From Planctomycetales bacterium (GTDB taxonomy: Bacteria; 4484-113): DNA of 64,000 nt. Below, one piece after another: positions 38,861-49,049 of this stretch (the first letter of the stretch is position 1; every line of letters begins with the position of its first letter). The translations under genes were made by a program, and so were the position numbers. Below the pieces are notes generated by a model that worked only from the letters and a program-made list of their open reading frames with translations, had not been told where the DNA came from and made no database searches. The DNA lies in assembly GCA_037441675.1 (NCBI GenBank), contig JBBIRS010000005.1, forward strand, positions 43,648 to 107,647. The letters are read 5' to 3'.

Positions 38861-39808
38861 GTGATGCTTTACTATATTTTCAAAAGGTTTCTGCAACTAA
38901 TTCCAGTAATCGTTGGAATTACGCTAATCTCTTTCACGGTTATTCATGTAGCACCTGGGGATCCTGTGCAGATTTTGATGGGTCAGCGCTATGACCCTGA
39001 AGTTGCTGAAAGGATACGTTCAGAGCTCGGGCTGGATAAACCGCTCATTGTTCAATACGTCATTTTCTTGAAAGACCTTGTCCAACTAGACCTTGGCTAT
39101 TCATATCAAAAGCGACTGCCAGTGCGCGAGCTTCTCGCGGATAAGTTCGGCAACACCCTTTACTTATCAGCTTCAGCAATGGTACTAGCGGTGCTTGTTG
39201 GAATGATAGCTGGGATTCTTGCCTCAATTCGTCCACGGTCCTTCGTTGATTACACGGTGATGTTCTTGGCAGTTATCGGAGTTTCAATCCCGGTATTCTG
39301 GCTCGGGTTAATGTTTCAGCTAATCTTTGGAGGTTATCTCCGATGGCTACCTGTTTCAGGAATGACGGAATACGGAGCTTCGTTTCTTCAGAATCTGAAA
39401 CATTTGATTTTGCCCTCGTTAACCTTAGCGAGCGTACCCATGGCGATTATTGCGCGAATAACGAGAAGTTCAATGCTAGAAGTGATGAGTGCGGATTACA
39501 TAAGAACTGCCCGTGCTAAGGGTTTACCTTTTAGACTAATCATTTTTAAGCATGCTCTGAAAAACGCGCTCATCCCCATTGTAACTGTTATTGGAAATAT
39601 GTTCGCACTTTTGCTTACAGGAGCTGTTCTAACTGAGACGGTTTTCTCATGGCCTGGCATGGGTCGCGCAATGGTTGACGCCATTGCCCAGAGGGACTTT
39701 CCGGTAATTCTAGGGGGTGTTACTCTCTTTGCTCTTACCTTCGTAACTGTCAATTTAGTTGTTGACATATTTTACGCCTATATAGACCCAAGGGTTCGTT
39801 ACAGTTAA
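38861..39808 (+). CDS. Opp/Dpp ABC permease B subunit
   Basis: APGDP, DYIRTARAKGL, HALKNA and IDPRVRY motifs. Confidence 0.93.
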   Translation: MMLYYIFKRFLQLIPVIVGITLISFTVIHVAPGDPVQILMGQRYDPEVAERIRSELGLDKPLIVQYVIFLKDLVQLDLGYSYQKRLPVRELLADKFGNTLYLSASAMVLAVLVGMIAGILASIRPRSFVDYTVMFLAVIGVSIPVFWLGLMFQLIFGGYLRWLPVSGMTEYGASFLQNLKHLILPSLTLASVPMAIIARITRSSMLEVMSADYIRTARAKGLPFRLIIFKHALKNALIPIVTVIGNMFALLLTGAVLTETVFSWPGMGRAMVDAIAQRDFPVILGGVTLFALTFVTVNLVVDIFYAYIDPRVRYS

Positions 39809-39809
39809 T

Positions 39810-40730
39810 ATGATTCTCTTTTTAAGAAAGCTGTACTTTCACCGTGCAGCATTCTTTGGAATGCTGGTAGTGTTATTCTTTGTTCTGACCGCTTTACTTG
39901 CCCCTCTAATAGTGCCACATAATCCAATTGAGCAGTATCGATATTTCACAAAGCTTCCGCCGAGAATTTCTCCCTATCAGCCCTCTCTAACTAATTTTCA
40001 GAGACCACAAATTGACCTGGCTACTCAAGAGCCAATTACCCCAGAGCGTTTTCTTTTGGGAACGGATTGGCACGGTAGAGATATCCTTTCCCGAATTCTC
40101 TTTGGTGCGAGAGTGTCTCTTCTGGTGGGGGTTGTAGCAACTCTTATTTCACTTTTCATTGGTGTTCTTATCGGCAGTCTTTCTGGATACTATGGAGGTA
40201 TGATTGACGCTTTTCTTATGAGATTAACGGACACTTTCTTTGCGTTTCCATCAATCTTGCTTGCTATTGTAATTCTAGCGACGTTCCGCCAAACGGGGCT
40301 ATGGGCTTTATTCTTCGCGCTTGGATTCACTGGTTGGACGGGTATTGCAAGAGTTGTTAGAGGGCAAATCCTATCTTTGAAGGAACAGCAGTTCATAGAG
40401 TCCGCAAGGTCAATTGGGGCTTCTTCGCAAAGAATTATCTTAGTACATCTTCTTCCCAACTGCATCGCACCTATTCTTGTCTTAGGAACTCTTGCGGTAG
40501 CTGAAAATATTCTTTCTGAAGCTGGACTTAGTTTTTTGGGTATTGGGATTCAACCACCTACGCCCAGTTGGGGTAATATGCTTGCGGAAGCGCGAGGTAA
40601 TTTAATTGATATGCCCTGGTGGGGAGTTTTCCCTGGACTTGCTCTTGCCTTAACTGTTCTCGGGTTCAATCTTTTCGGCGATGGTTTGCGGGATATATTT
40701 GATCCTAAAATGAAGATTATTCGCAGATAG
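39810..40730 (+). CDS. Opp/Dpp ABC permease C subunit
   Basis: LGTD..GRD, FIESARSIGA, EAGLSFLG and GDGLRD motifs. Confidence 0.93.
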   Translation: MILFLRKLYFHRAAFFGMLVVLFFVLTALLAPLIVPHNPIEQYRYFTKLPPRISPYQPSLTNFQRPQIDLATQEPITPERFLLGTDWHGRDILSRILFGARVSLLVGVVATLISLFIGVLIGSLSGYYGGMIDAFLMRLTDTFFAFPSILLAIVILATFRQTGLWALFFALGFTGWTGIARVVRGQILSLKEQQFIESARSIGASSQRIILVHLLPNCIAPILVLGTLAVAENILSEAGLSFLGIGIQPPTPSWGNMLAEARGNLIDMPWWGVFPGLALALTVLGFNLFGDGLRDIFDPKMKIIRR

Positions 40731-40802
40731 CTAGTTTTCCTTCTTGGTTGAACTATTTCATAAACTAATGATATTATTAACTTTCATATAAAATTAACGC
40801 CT

Positions 40803-42050
40803 ATGTCATCACAGGTTAGAAGTTTAATCATAATTCTTGTGGTTTTCCTCGTTTCACTCGTTCAGCCACTTTATCAGAAGTTTTATGTGAAGGGAGATAT
40901 TGTTACCCTTGGGTTAGACCTAAAGGGTGGAGTATCAGTCTTACTAAAGGCGAATCCTCCCAAGGGCAGTGTTGTAACAAGTGAAGATATGAGTGGATTA
41001 ATAGAGGTTATCCGCAATCGCTTAGATCCACAGGGGCAGAAAGAGATAATCCTTACACTTGTGGGTCAGGATAGGGTGCTTGTGCAAGTTCCAGGCGAGA
41101 AAGATCCGGAAAACATCCTAAAGCTCATTGGCGAAACAGCCCTTCTGGAGTGGATTGATGCGGGGAGTACTCCCCTTCAGGAAGATACAGTGATTTCTGA
41201 TAAAGATGTGAAGGTAGTGTTTACGGGGAAGGACTTGGCGAATGCATATTTAGCCAGGGACGAGAGAGGGGCTCCTGCGGTGGGGTTTGAGTTTAAGGCA
41301 GGTGCCGCGGAAAAATTTGGGGAGTTCACCGCCAATAATGTTGGCAAGTATCTTGCGGTTGCCCTTGACAAGAGAATTATTACTTCTCCAGTGATTGAAT
41401 CCCCCATCTGGGGTGGAAGAGGTATTATCCGCGGAAACTTCAATATAGAGGAGGCAAGCCTTCTGGCGAGACAACTAAAGGGAGGCGCGCTTCCAGTTCC
41501 CGTGGTTGTTCTTGAAAATAGAGTTGTAGGACCATCTCTGGGAAAAGAATCAATTGAAACGAGTCTAAGAGCTGGTTTTTACGCTTTTATTGCCATCTTT
41601 CTCTTTATGGTAATACTCTACCGTCTACCGGGATTTATATCTGCACTTGCTTTATGCCTTTATAGTGTTTTGGTCGTTGGCTATACATCACTTTTGAACG
41701 TCACGCTGACTCTACCCGGTATCGCTGGGATACTTCTAAGCATTGGTATGGCAATTGACGCAAATATAATCATATTTGAAAGGTTGAAAGAAGAGCTTGC
41801 CTGGGGAAAGACGCTTTCCGCTGCAATTGAGGCTGCGTTTGTTCGAGCTTGGGTGGCAATACTTGATGGCAATCTCACTACTCTGATTGCTGCGGTAATT
41901 CTTTTCTTCTTTGGAACAGGCCCCATAAAAGGCTTTGCTATCACGCTAAGCATCGGTATTCTCCTTTCAATGTTTAGCGCGGTATTTGTTACGAAGTATT
42001 TCCTTTCGCTAATCGCGCTTAGGTTTAGGCGTCTAACTTTGTATGCGTAG
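40803..42050 (+). CDS. secD: Protein translocase subunit SecD
   Basis: LGLDLKGG, VGPSLG, GMAIDANIIIFER and DGNLTT motifs. Confidence 0.96.
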   Translation: MSSQVRSLIIILVVFLVSLVQPLYQKFYVKGDIVTLGLDLKGGVSVLLKANPPKGSVVTSEDMSGLIEVIRNRLDPQGQKEIILTLVGQDRVLVQVPGEKDPENILKLIGETALLEWIDAGSTPLQEDTVISDKDVKVVFTGKDLANAYLARDERGAPAVGFEFKAGAAEKFGEFTANNVGKYLAVALDKRIITSPVIESPIWGGRGIIRGNFNIEEASLLARQLKGGALPVPVVVLENRVVGPSLGKESIETSLRAGFYAFIAIFLFMVILYRLPGFISALALCLYSVLVVGYTSLLNVTLTLPGIAGILLSIGMAIDANIIIFERLKEELAWGKTLSAAIEAAFVRAWVAILDGNLTTLIAAVILFFFGTGPIKGFAITLSIGILLSMFSAVFVTKYFLSLIALRFRRLTLYA

Positions 42051-42058
42051 GGTTAAAA

Positions 42059-43267
42059 ATGATTAAGTCATTGGATAATTATAGGCTACTACCGTTTGTC
42101 CAACTTATGCCCATCTTCATTCTAATTTCAGTTGGAGTGATTCTCTTTGGCGTTTTCTTTGCTGTGAAGAACAAACGGGAGATTGGCAATCCATTGTTTC
42201 TCGGCATTGATTTTACGGGAGGTAGCTTTATAGCGCTTAAGCTTGGCGAGCCTGGCAATTCTCTAGAGATAAGTGAAATTGCCAAGAAATACAGTGTTGG
42301 CGAGCCTATCGTTCAGCTAAGAGGTGCAGACCCAAGAGAGGTTGAAATCCGCATGAACATTGATACTAGAGCAGCAAAGTCGGAGGAAGAAGCTAGCCAA
42401 ATGCGAGTTGAGAAGTATGAGCTGATGAAGAAGGAGATTGGTGATAAGTTCGGTGGTTCTGACAAGCTGGAGGAAGTATCCTTTGACTATGTAGGTCCAG
42501 TGGTTGGAAGGGAGCTGATTCAAAAGGCAATATATAGCCTCATTTTAGGCTCGCTAGCGATAATGGTCTACATCTTTATCCGTTTCAATCGTCTTGCCTT
42601 CGCTATCGGGGCTGTGGTGGCACTAATCCACGACGTTTTTATCACTCTTGCTGGAACCGCCTTCGCCCGGCTTGAGGTCAACGCCTTTTACATCGCAGTA
42701 ATTCTGACTATTATTGGTTATTCAATCAACGACACTATCATCATTTACGATAGGATTCGTGAAAATCTGAAGAACTACCCACAGCTAAACTTCCCGACTA
42801 TCATAAATTTAAGCATAACTCAGACCTTGACACGTTCTATAAATACGGTACTTACGGTTATATTCGTTTTGGTTGGACTTCTTTTCTTTGGCGGAAGGAG
42901 CGTTTACGATTTTGCGATGGCGATGTTATTTGGAATGGTAAGTGGCGCTTATTCATCCATCTTTATTGCCGCCCCAATCGTGCTCTTGTTTTCTAGGGAG
43001 AGGAAGCGGTTAAGGATTCCATCCAGAATTAACTTAGTTTTAGCTCAAGAGCAGGCGGTATTGCGAGAGTGGGAGGAGGAAGCTCCGATTGGTGAAACTC
43101 CTCAAACAATTACGGCAAAATCTCCTCAAGCGGAGCAGAAAGTAAAAGTAGAAGCAACTCCACAAGGCACGCCAGCCGCAACATCACAAACATCTTTAGC
43201 CACGTCAACCGTGACCGCAGAGAAAAAGCTCTCCAAAAAAGCTAAGAAAAAGGCAAGAAGAAGATAA
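42059..43267 (+). CDS. secF: Protein translocase subunit SecF with a long C-terminal tail
   Basis: GIDFTGG, VGPVVG, HD, GYSINDTIIIYDRIRE and GAYSSIFIA motifs. Confidence 0.96.
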   Translation: MIKSLDNYRLLPFVQLMPIFILISVGVILFGVFFAVKNKREIGNPLFLGIDFTGGSFIALKLGEPGNSLEISEIAKKYSVGEPIVQLRGADPREVEIRMNIDTRAAKSEEEASQMRVEKYELMKKEIGDKFGGSDKLEEVSFDYVGPVVGRELIQKAIYSLILGSLAIMVYIFIRFNRLAFAIGAVVALIHDVFITLAGTAFARLEVNAFYIAVILTIIGYSINDTIIIYDRIRENLKNYPQLNFPTIINLSITQTLTRSINTVLTVIFVLVGLLFFGGRSVYDFAMAMLFGMVSGAYSSIFIAAPIVLLFSRERKRLRIPSRINLVLAQEQAVLREWEEEAPIGETPQTITAKSPQAEQKVKVEATPQGTPAATSQTSLATSTVTAEKKLSKKAKKKARRR

Positions 43268-43273
43268 TACGAA

Positions 43274-44980
43274 ATGCAAGTAACCTTGCGTTCACAGAAT
43301 TACTCGCTAGCAAAAGGGCTAGAGATTACATACGGGATAAAACCAATTCTTGCAAGATTACTATCAGCTCGCCATGAGGATTTCCCCTCGGAGACAAACC
43401 TGCGGGCACAGCTAGGTAATAGCTCTCCCAAGGGGATAGCTACCGCGAGGGATTTTCCGCACTTTGTTGAGCTAATCCAAATTGCTCAGAAGAAAGAGTT
43501 ACCAATTCTAATCTTCGGAGATTACGATGTGGACGGCATTCTCTCAACATACATAATTTACCGTTTGCTTTCCAACCTTAAAATTACCGCAAATTACTTT
43601 CTTCCTTCTCGTTTTAATGAGGGTTACGGACTTAGTTCTCGGATAGTGACGCAGGCTAAAGAAAAGGGTTATCAGGTCATATTTGCTCTTGATTGCGGAA
43701 CAACCAACTTTGATGAGGTTGAGCTTGCAAGTAGCTTAGGAATGCAAGTATTTATCCTTGATCACCATATTCCCGCATCCGATACATCTCTTTTGAAATA
43801 TAAAGATGCAAAGATAATAAACCCACACCTTGAACAGGGCATATCTCCATTTTCATCCACCGGACTAGCATACTGTTTTGCGCTTGCGGTATGGGAGGCG
43901 TTGGGTAGCTACGATAGTGAATATTTTGATGATTTTCTTGAGCTTGTTGTGATTGCGACAGTTGCGGATGTTGTTCCGATAATTGGGGACAATTTTCTTC
44001 TATGTAATAAAGGTTGGACAAGGCTTCTTACGACGAAGAATATTGGCCTTAGGACGCTCATTGAAATGCTAGGTCTTATGGGCAATGAGGTGCTGACTTA
44101 CCGGGATGTGGGTTTTTCCATTGCGCCGGCAATAAATGCCGCAGGTAGGCTCTCGCACGCGCGTCTCGCACTGGAACTTTTCTTATCTGCCAATGAAACC
44201 CAGGCTCGAAATCTATCTGGGACAATAATTAAGCTGAATAGAGCAAGAAGAGAATTGCAGGACAGGCTTTTTTACGAGGCTGCGCGTCAGTGTGAAACGT
44301 TTAAGGATTTCCCCATTCTTGTGCTCTATGACCCTAACTGGAATCAAGGCATTACAGGCGTTGTCGCAGCTAGAATTGCTGAGACCTTCAAAAAGCCGAC
44401 CTTGATTTTTAATAATGCAGGTGAGGAGGGTCAAGCGATATTTAGCGGTCGTTCTGTTGAGGGTATTGACCTTTTAGAAACGCTCTCTTTTGTGCGAGGC
44501 TTGTTCACCAAGATTGGTGGTCATTCCAAGGCAGTAGGCGGAATGATAAAGATAGAAAATTTACCTACTCTCCGTCAAAGCCTCAGGGAGGTAAATCTTG
44601 TTACCACAGATGCTAAGGAAAGCGTCACTCTTTGCGATTGCGACTGTTCGGTGAGAGAGCTTTTGGAGCTTGAAGCTGGGGATATTCTTCAAATGTACCC
44701 ATTTGGTGAAGGCTATCCGCCACCAAGATTTCTTGTCCGTTCTGCGAAATTACTTAATAAGAATCTTGCTGGCCAGGATTCAACTCATCTTCTTTTAGCT
44801 ATCACGGATGGTGAAGCTAAGGAACAGCTTAGGTTGGTGGGATTCAACCGAAGTCACTTTTATTCTCAGCTTAATTGTGCGGATGTCTATGATTTCGCTG
44901 TGGAGGTTGAGCTTGATAACTATGGTGGAAAGGCGAAACCATTCTTTCGCTTCCTTGATTTTCTTTCCTCAACAAAGTGA
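43274..44980 (+). CDS. recJ: Single-stranded DNA exonuclease RecJ
   Basis: GDYDVDG, DCG, DHH, TVADVVP, INAAGR, GGH and PFG motifs. Confidence 0.92.
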   Translation: MQVTLRSQNYSLAKGLEITYGIKPILARLLSARHEDFPSETNLRAQLGNSSPKGIATARDFPHFVELIQIAQKKELPILIFGDYDVDGILSTYIIYRLLSNLKITANYFLPSRFNEGYGLSSRIVTQAKEKGYQVIFALDCGTTNFDEVELASSLGMQVFILDHHIPASDTSLLKYKDAKIINPHLEQGISPFSSTGLAYCFALAVWEALGSYDSEYFDDFLELVVIATVADVVPIIGDNFLLCNKGWTRLLTTKNIGLRTLIEMLGLMGNEVLTYRDVGFSIAPAINAAGRLSHARLALELFLSANETQARNLSGTIIKLNRARRELQDRLFYEAARQCETFKDFPILVLYDPNWNQGITGVVAARIAETFKKPTLIFNNAGEEGQAIFSGRSVEGIDLLETLSFVRGLFTKIGGHSKAVGGMIKIENLPTLRQSLREVNLVTTDAKESVTLCDCDCSVRELLELEAGDILQMYPFGEGYPPPRFLVRSAKLLNKNLAGQDSTHLLLAITDGEAKEQLRLVGFNRSHFYSQLNCADVYDFAVEVELDNYGGKAKPFFRFLDFLSSTK

Positions 44981-45072
44981 GAAACCCTTCCGCAGGCTCG
45001 TTTATTGAAAGGGGCCTTATCCCTTATCTTCGACGCAAGATTTCCACAATCGGGATATAATATTTGTTAAAA

Positions 45073-47364
45073 ATGGCTAAACTAAGAACAGAAGTAGCGC
45101 AAAAGCATCCTGAAGTTGAAAGTCTCTACGAGCGGCTGAAAAGCAAGCTGGCGGAGAACAGCTCCGGCTTTGATCCATCGCTTCTTGATACAGCTTTTAA
45201 CACCGCCCTATCCGCTCACAGAAATCAATTTCGTGAAAGCGGTGAACCTTACATTACGCATCCGCTTGAGGTAGCGATAATATGCGCAGATCTCAATATG
45301 GATTTTGAATCTGTAATAGCAGCTTTGCTTCACGACACAGTTGAGGATACTCCAATAAGGCTGACGCAAATTGAGCATAGATTCGGCTCTGAAGTTGCTA
45401 GAAAGGTTGACGCCCTGACGAAGATAAGAAAGATTGATCTATTTGCCAGGTTTACCGGTCGGACTATGAGCGATGAGCAGGCGCGCAACCTGCAAAAGTT
45501 ATTCCTAGCAATGGCTCAGGATTTCTCCGTCCTCGTAATCAAAATTGCGGATAGACTTCACAATTTGCGAACTATGGAGGCTTTTTCAGCAGAGCATATT
45601 CGCAGAAAGTCAATGGAGACAATGGATTACTACGTTCCGCTTGCTAGAAGGCTTGGACTTCACGAGGTCGCAACTGAGATGGAGGAGTTGTGCTTCAAGT
45701 ATCTTTATCCGAAAGAGTATGAATGGATGTGTAAAAGGTTAGAGGAATTTTACAAGTCCAAGAGCGCAACTTTTGAGCGAATTATTAAGAATATAGAGAA
45801 GGTTCTCAAAGAGGGTGGGGTAAAGGTTATCAAGTGCTTTGGAAGGCTTAAGAGCGCATACTCCACGTGGAAAAAGTTATCCACCCAAAGAGTTCCCCTT
45901 GAACATATTCATGACCTTGTCGCGATAAGGGTGATTATAGAGAAGGATGAAATTGACTGCTACCGTGCCCTTGGGCTTATACATAGCATATATAGGCCAA
46001 TATTCAACAGATTCCGCGACTACATTGCTGCGCCTAAGAGCAACGGCTATCAAAGCTTGCATACTGTAATTGCGGGCGAGGAAGGTCAGATTACCGAGGT
46101 TCAGATACGCACCGAATGGATGGATAACGTGGCGGAGCATGGCGTTGCCGCTCACTGGAAGTATAAGGGGCGATTTGAACACGCACGGCTCAGGGAGACT
46201 TTCTCTTGGTTCAAGTTTATTGAGGAGCTGAGTCAGGATGTTGAGAGCTCCGAGGAGTTTGTGGCTAAAACAAGGGAGTCCCTCTCCAAGGATGAAGTTT
46301 TGGTTCTAACTCCACAGGGAGAAGTGGTTTCCCTGCCTGCTGGGTCAACTCCTTTGGATTTTGCTTATTACATCCACACCGAATTGGGTCACTCAACCGC
46401 TAGCGCGAAAGTTAATGGCGCTGTTGTTCCACTTGACTATGAACTTAGAACTGGTGATGTTGTTGAAGTTATAAAGAACGAGGATGGCAGACTGGCTCCT
46501 CGTCCTGAGTGGCTTAATATTGTGAGGAGTCCAAAGTCTGTTCTTAAGATAAAAAGATGGTTTCGGACTAGACCCAGAAGGGAAAGAATTGAGGTAGGAA
46601 GGTTACTTCTCCGAAGCCAAATTGAAAAGGAAGGGCTTTATCCCTTGAACCTAATGGATAATACGCGTCTCCTTTCACTGGTTAAAACTCTTGGCATAAG
46701 AAACATTGATGACCTTTTTGATGAGATAGCTGCTGGTAAATTGATGGCTTCTGATGTTGTTGACAAGTTGAAATCTAGTTACATAGATATGCTTCGAAAG
46801 CAGGAGAAGCGTCCTCCCACGCTTAAAGCTCGAGATTCAAAGTATCTCATTGTCCATGCGCCGGTGGGAATTGCCTCGGACTTTGGCATTGTTCAGCCTC
46901 ATGGTAAACCACTTAGACGCAAGATTGAGCTAATGACTTGTTGCACTCCCATAGAGGGAGATGAAATCATCGGGATAAATAATCGGGAAAAGCATCGGGT
47001 TGAAGTCCATCGCAAGGGTTGCTTTGCTTCCTCTTCCGCTCTAGCAAGCGAGATAATTCCCGTAGAGTGGCAGAGAGATAAAAGTGATCTTCACTATCCT
47101 GCGGTAATTTATGTAATCTCGCTGAATCGCGTTGGACTTTTGTTTGACGTTTTAGGTGAACTTTCTAACGCTGGGGTTAACCTTGCGGGGGGCAATCTTA
47201 GCCTTAAACCATCCATCACCCACGAGGATCAGGTTGCTGAGTTTGAACTCGTAATTGAGGTTATCAATACGGAGCAGTTGGGCAATGTCATCAAGGCTAT
47301 TAGCGGTGTAAAAGACGTAATCTCGGTGGGCAGGGTTTTCCAAGCATACTCTAACAACAATTGA
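45073..47364 (+). CDS. relA: Bifunctional (p)ppGpp synthetase/hydrolase (Rel/SpoT)
   Basis: SGEPYITHP, HDTVED, KIADRLHN, PK.NGYQSLHT and EVQIRT motifs; TGS and ACT regions. Confidence 0.95.
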   Translation: MAKLRTEVAQKHPEVESLYERLKSKLAENSSGFDPSLLDTAFNTALSAHRNQFRESGEPYITHPLEVAIICADLNMDFESVIAALLHDTVEDTPIRLTQIEHRFGSEVARKVDALTKIRKIDLFARFTGRTMSDEQARNLQKLFLAMAQDFSVLVIKIADRLHNLRTMEAFSAEHIRRKSMETMDYYVPLARRLGLHEVATEMEELCFKYLYPKEYEWMCKRLEEFYKSKSATFERIIKNIEKVLKEGGVKVIKCFGRLKSAYSTWKKLSTQRVPLEHIHDLVAIRVIIEKDEIDCYRALGLIHSIYRPIFNRFRDYIAAPKSNGYQSLHTVIAGEEGQITEVQIRTEWMDNVAEHGVAAHWKYKGRFEHARLRETFSWFKFIEELSQDVESSEEFVAKTRESLSKDEVLVLTPQGEVVSLPAGSTPLDFAYYIHTELGHSTASAKVNGAVVPLDYELRTGDVVEVIKNEDGRLAPRPEWLNIVRSPKSVLKIKRWFRTRPRRERIEVGRLLLRSQIEKEGLYPLNLMDNTRLLSLVKTLGIRNIDDLFDEIAAGKLMASDVVDKLKSSYIDMLRKQEKRPPTLKARDSKYLIVHAPVGIASDFGIVQPHGKPLRRKIELMTCCTPIEGDEIIGINNREKHRVEVHRKGCFASSSALASEIIPVEWQRDKSDLHYPAVIYVISLNRVGLLFDVLGELSNAGVNLAGGNLSLKPSITHEDQVAEFELVIEVINTEQLGNVIKAISGVKDVISVGRVFQAYSNNN

Positions 47365-47386
47365 GATCCCAAAGTGAGGATAATTT

Positions 47387-47836
47387 ATGCGAGCAGTGGT
47401 GCAAAGGGTTTCTTCTGCCTCGGTTAGGGTAAATGGTGAAGACTTCTCGGAAATTGAGCAGGGTTTGCTCGTTCTCTGTGGAGTGTTTGGTTATGACAAT
47501 GATGAAGATACGGAATGGATGGCGAGAAGGATTGCCAATCTGAGGGTTTTTTCAGACGAGGCGGGGAAAATGAATCTTTCGCCGATTGACGTTAACGCAG
47601 AAGTATTGCTTGTATCTCAATTTACCCTATGCGCGGATATAAGGAAGGGCAATAGACCTTCATGCATTGATGCAATGGAGCCTGAGAGGGCAAAAAAAAT
47701 TATTGAGGAACTAGCGTCGCGGATAAGTGGTTATGGGCTATCGGTAAAGATGGGGCAATTCGGCGCACTTATGAAAGTGTCTTTAGTTAATGATGGGCCT
47801 GTGACGATTCTTCTGGACTCAAGGCTCTTTAGATAA
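47387..47836 (+). CDS. dtd: D-aminoacyl-tRNA deacylase
   Basis: MRAVVQRV, SQFTL and NDGPVT motifs. Confidence 0.97.
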   Translation: MRAVVQRVSSASVRVNGEDFSEIEQGLLVLCGVFGYDNDEDTEWMARRIANLRVFSDEAGKMNLSPIDVNAEVLLVSQFTLCADIRKGNRPSCIDAMEPERAKKIIEELASRISGYGLSVKMGQFGALMKVSLVNDGPVTILLDSRLFR

Positions 47837-47997
47837 ACATTTTACGGAGCTTTAAGTAATCTTAGTGGCTAAAATAAACCTTAAGAGAAGCGGGCTAAAC
47901 TTTAAGAAAAGTATGTTTAGAGGCGATTAACGAAGAGTATCAATATTATCCGTGTAAGATGGCATAATCCTCAGGCAAAAACTAAACAGTTTCTTCA

Positions 47998-49041
47998 CTA
48001 CCACAAGAGCCTTTTGTTGTGTTCGTAAGCGTCCAAAAAGGCAAAGCGGAGCAATTTTACGGCTTTTTCCATTTCCGCCGTGGTGGAATACGGGATGCGT
48101 GTAAAGCCCTGAAATTGATGCTTGTTCCAGGTTTCTTGCCTTTTAGCGAGTTGTCTAGTGGCAATTACAACGCGCTCTTCAGCTTCCTCAATGCTCATTT
48201 TCCCCTTCAAGTATTCAACAACCTCTGCATAGCCAATACCGGATAGGGCTTGAGAATCTTCTTTAACTCCTAGGGCAAGAAGCTCTCTCACCTCTTCCAC
48301 CAATCCCTCTGCAAACATTTTTCTTACTCTTTCTCTGATTCTTTGCCAAAGAAGATTCCTTTCCACTTCTAGGGTAAATCCAACCACATTAAAACTCGGA
48401 GTTTCCTCTGATTCCCTTTCCTCCATTTTTGCGACTTCTTTCAACTTGATTATTTCATCAAAGATTTGTGAGCAGTTAAGCTCGGCGAGAGTGCTTCTAA
48501 GTTCAGATTCATCCATACTGATTAGAGATTTCTCAATGAATCTAATCATTCTAGTTGGGTTGTATATGTCGATTTCCTTTTCTGCGTTCTTAAAGATTGA
48601 AGTAAGCTCTGGAAGGAGGCTAAGGTAACCGACTTCTGCGAAAATTTCGTTCAGATGTTTTCTCAATCCTTCTATTGGGGGAGATTTTCCAAACTCATAT
48701 GAATACGCTATGCTTGCAAGGTAAAGCCCAGTTCCGCCTTCCAAGACTGGTAGCTTTTTCCTACCTAGAATATCGAAAATTTTTTTCATTGCTAACTTAC
48801 TAAACTGTTCAACGGAAAAGCTCTCCGTAGGTTCAACGATGTCAATAAGGTGAAAGGCAACCTTTTCGCGCTCACTTTTTGTTGGTTTAGCGGTGCCGAT
48901 GTCAAGCTTTTTGTAGATGTTTCTAGAATCGCAGGAAATAACTTCAAGGGGGCAAAATTCAGAAAGTGTTATAACAAGGTTGGTCTTGCCAGAAGCGGTT
49001 GGGCCAGTAATTGCGCTGATTCTTGGTTTTTCTACCCCCAT
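47998..49041 (-). CDS. miaA: tRNA dimethylallyltransferase
   Basis: GPTASGKT, DS, DIGTAKP, GGTGLY and AKRQ.TW motifs. Confidence 0.95.
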   Translation of the reverse strand: MGVEKPRISAITGPTASGKTNLVITLSEFCPLEVISCDSRNIYKKLDIGTAKPTKSEREKVAFHLIDIVEPTESFSVEQFSKLAMKKIFDILGRKKLPVLEGGTGLYLASIAYSYEFGKSPPIEGLRKHLNEIFAEVGYLSLLPELTSIFKNAEKEIDIYNPTRMIRFIEKSLISMDESELRSTLAELNCSQIFDEIIKLKEVAKMEERESEETPSFNVVGFTLEVERNLLWQRIRERVRKMFAEGLVEEVRELLALGVKEDSQALSGIGYAEVVEYLKGKMSIEEAEERVVIATRQLAKRQETWNKHQFQGFTRIPYSTTAEMEKAVKLLRFAFLDAYEHNKRLLW

Positions 49042-49049
49042 CTGAACTC

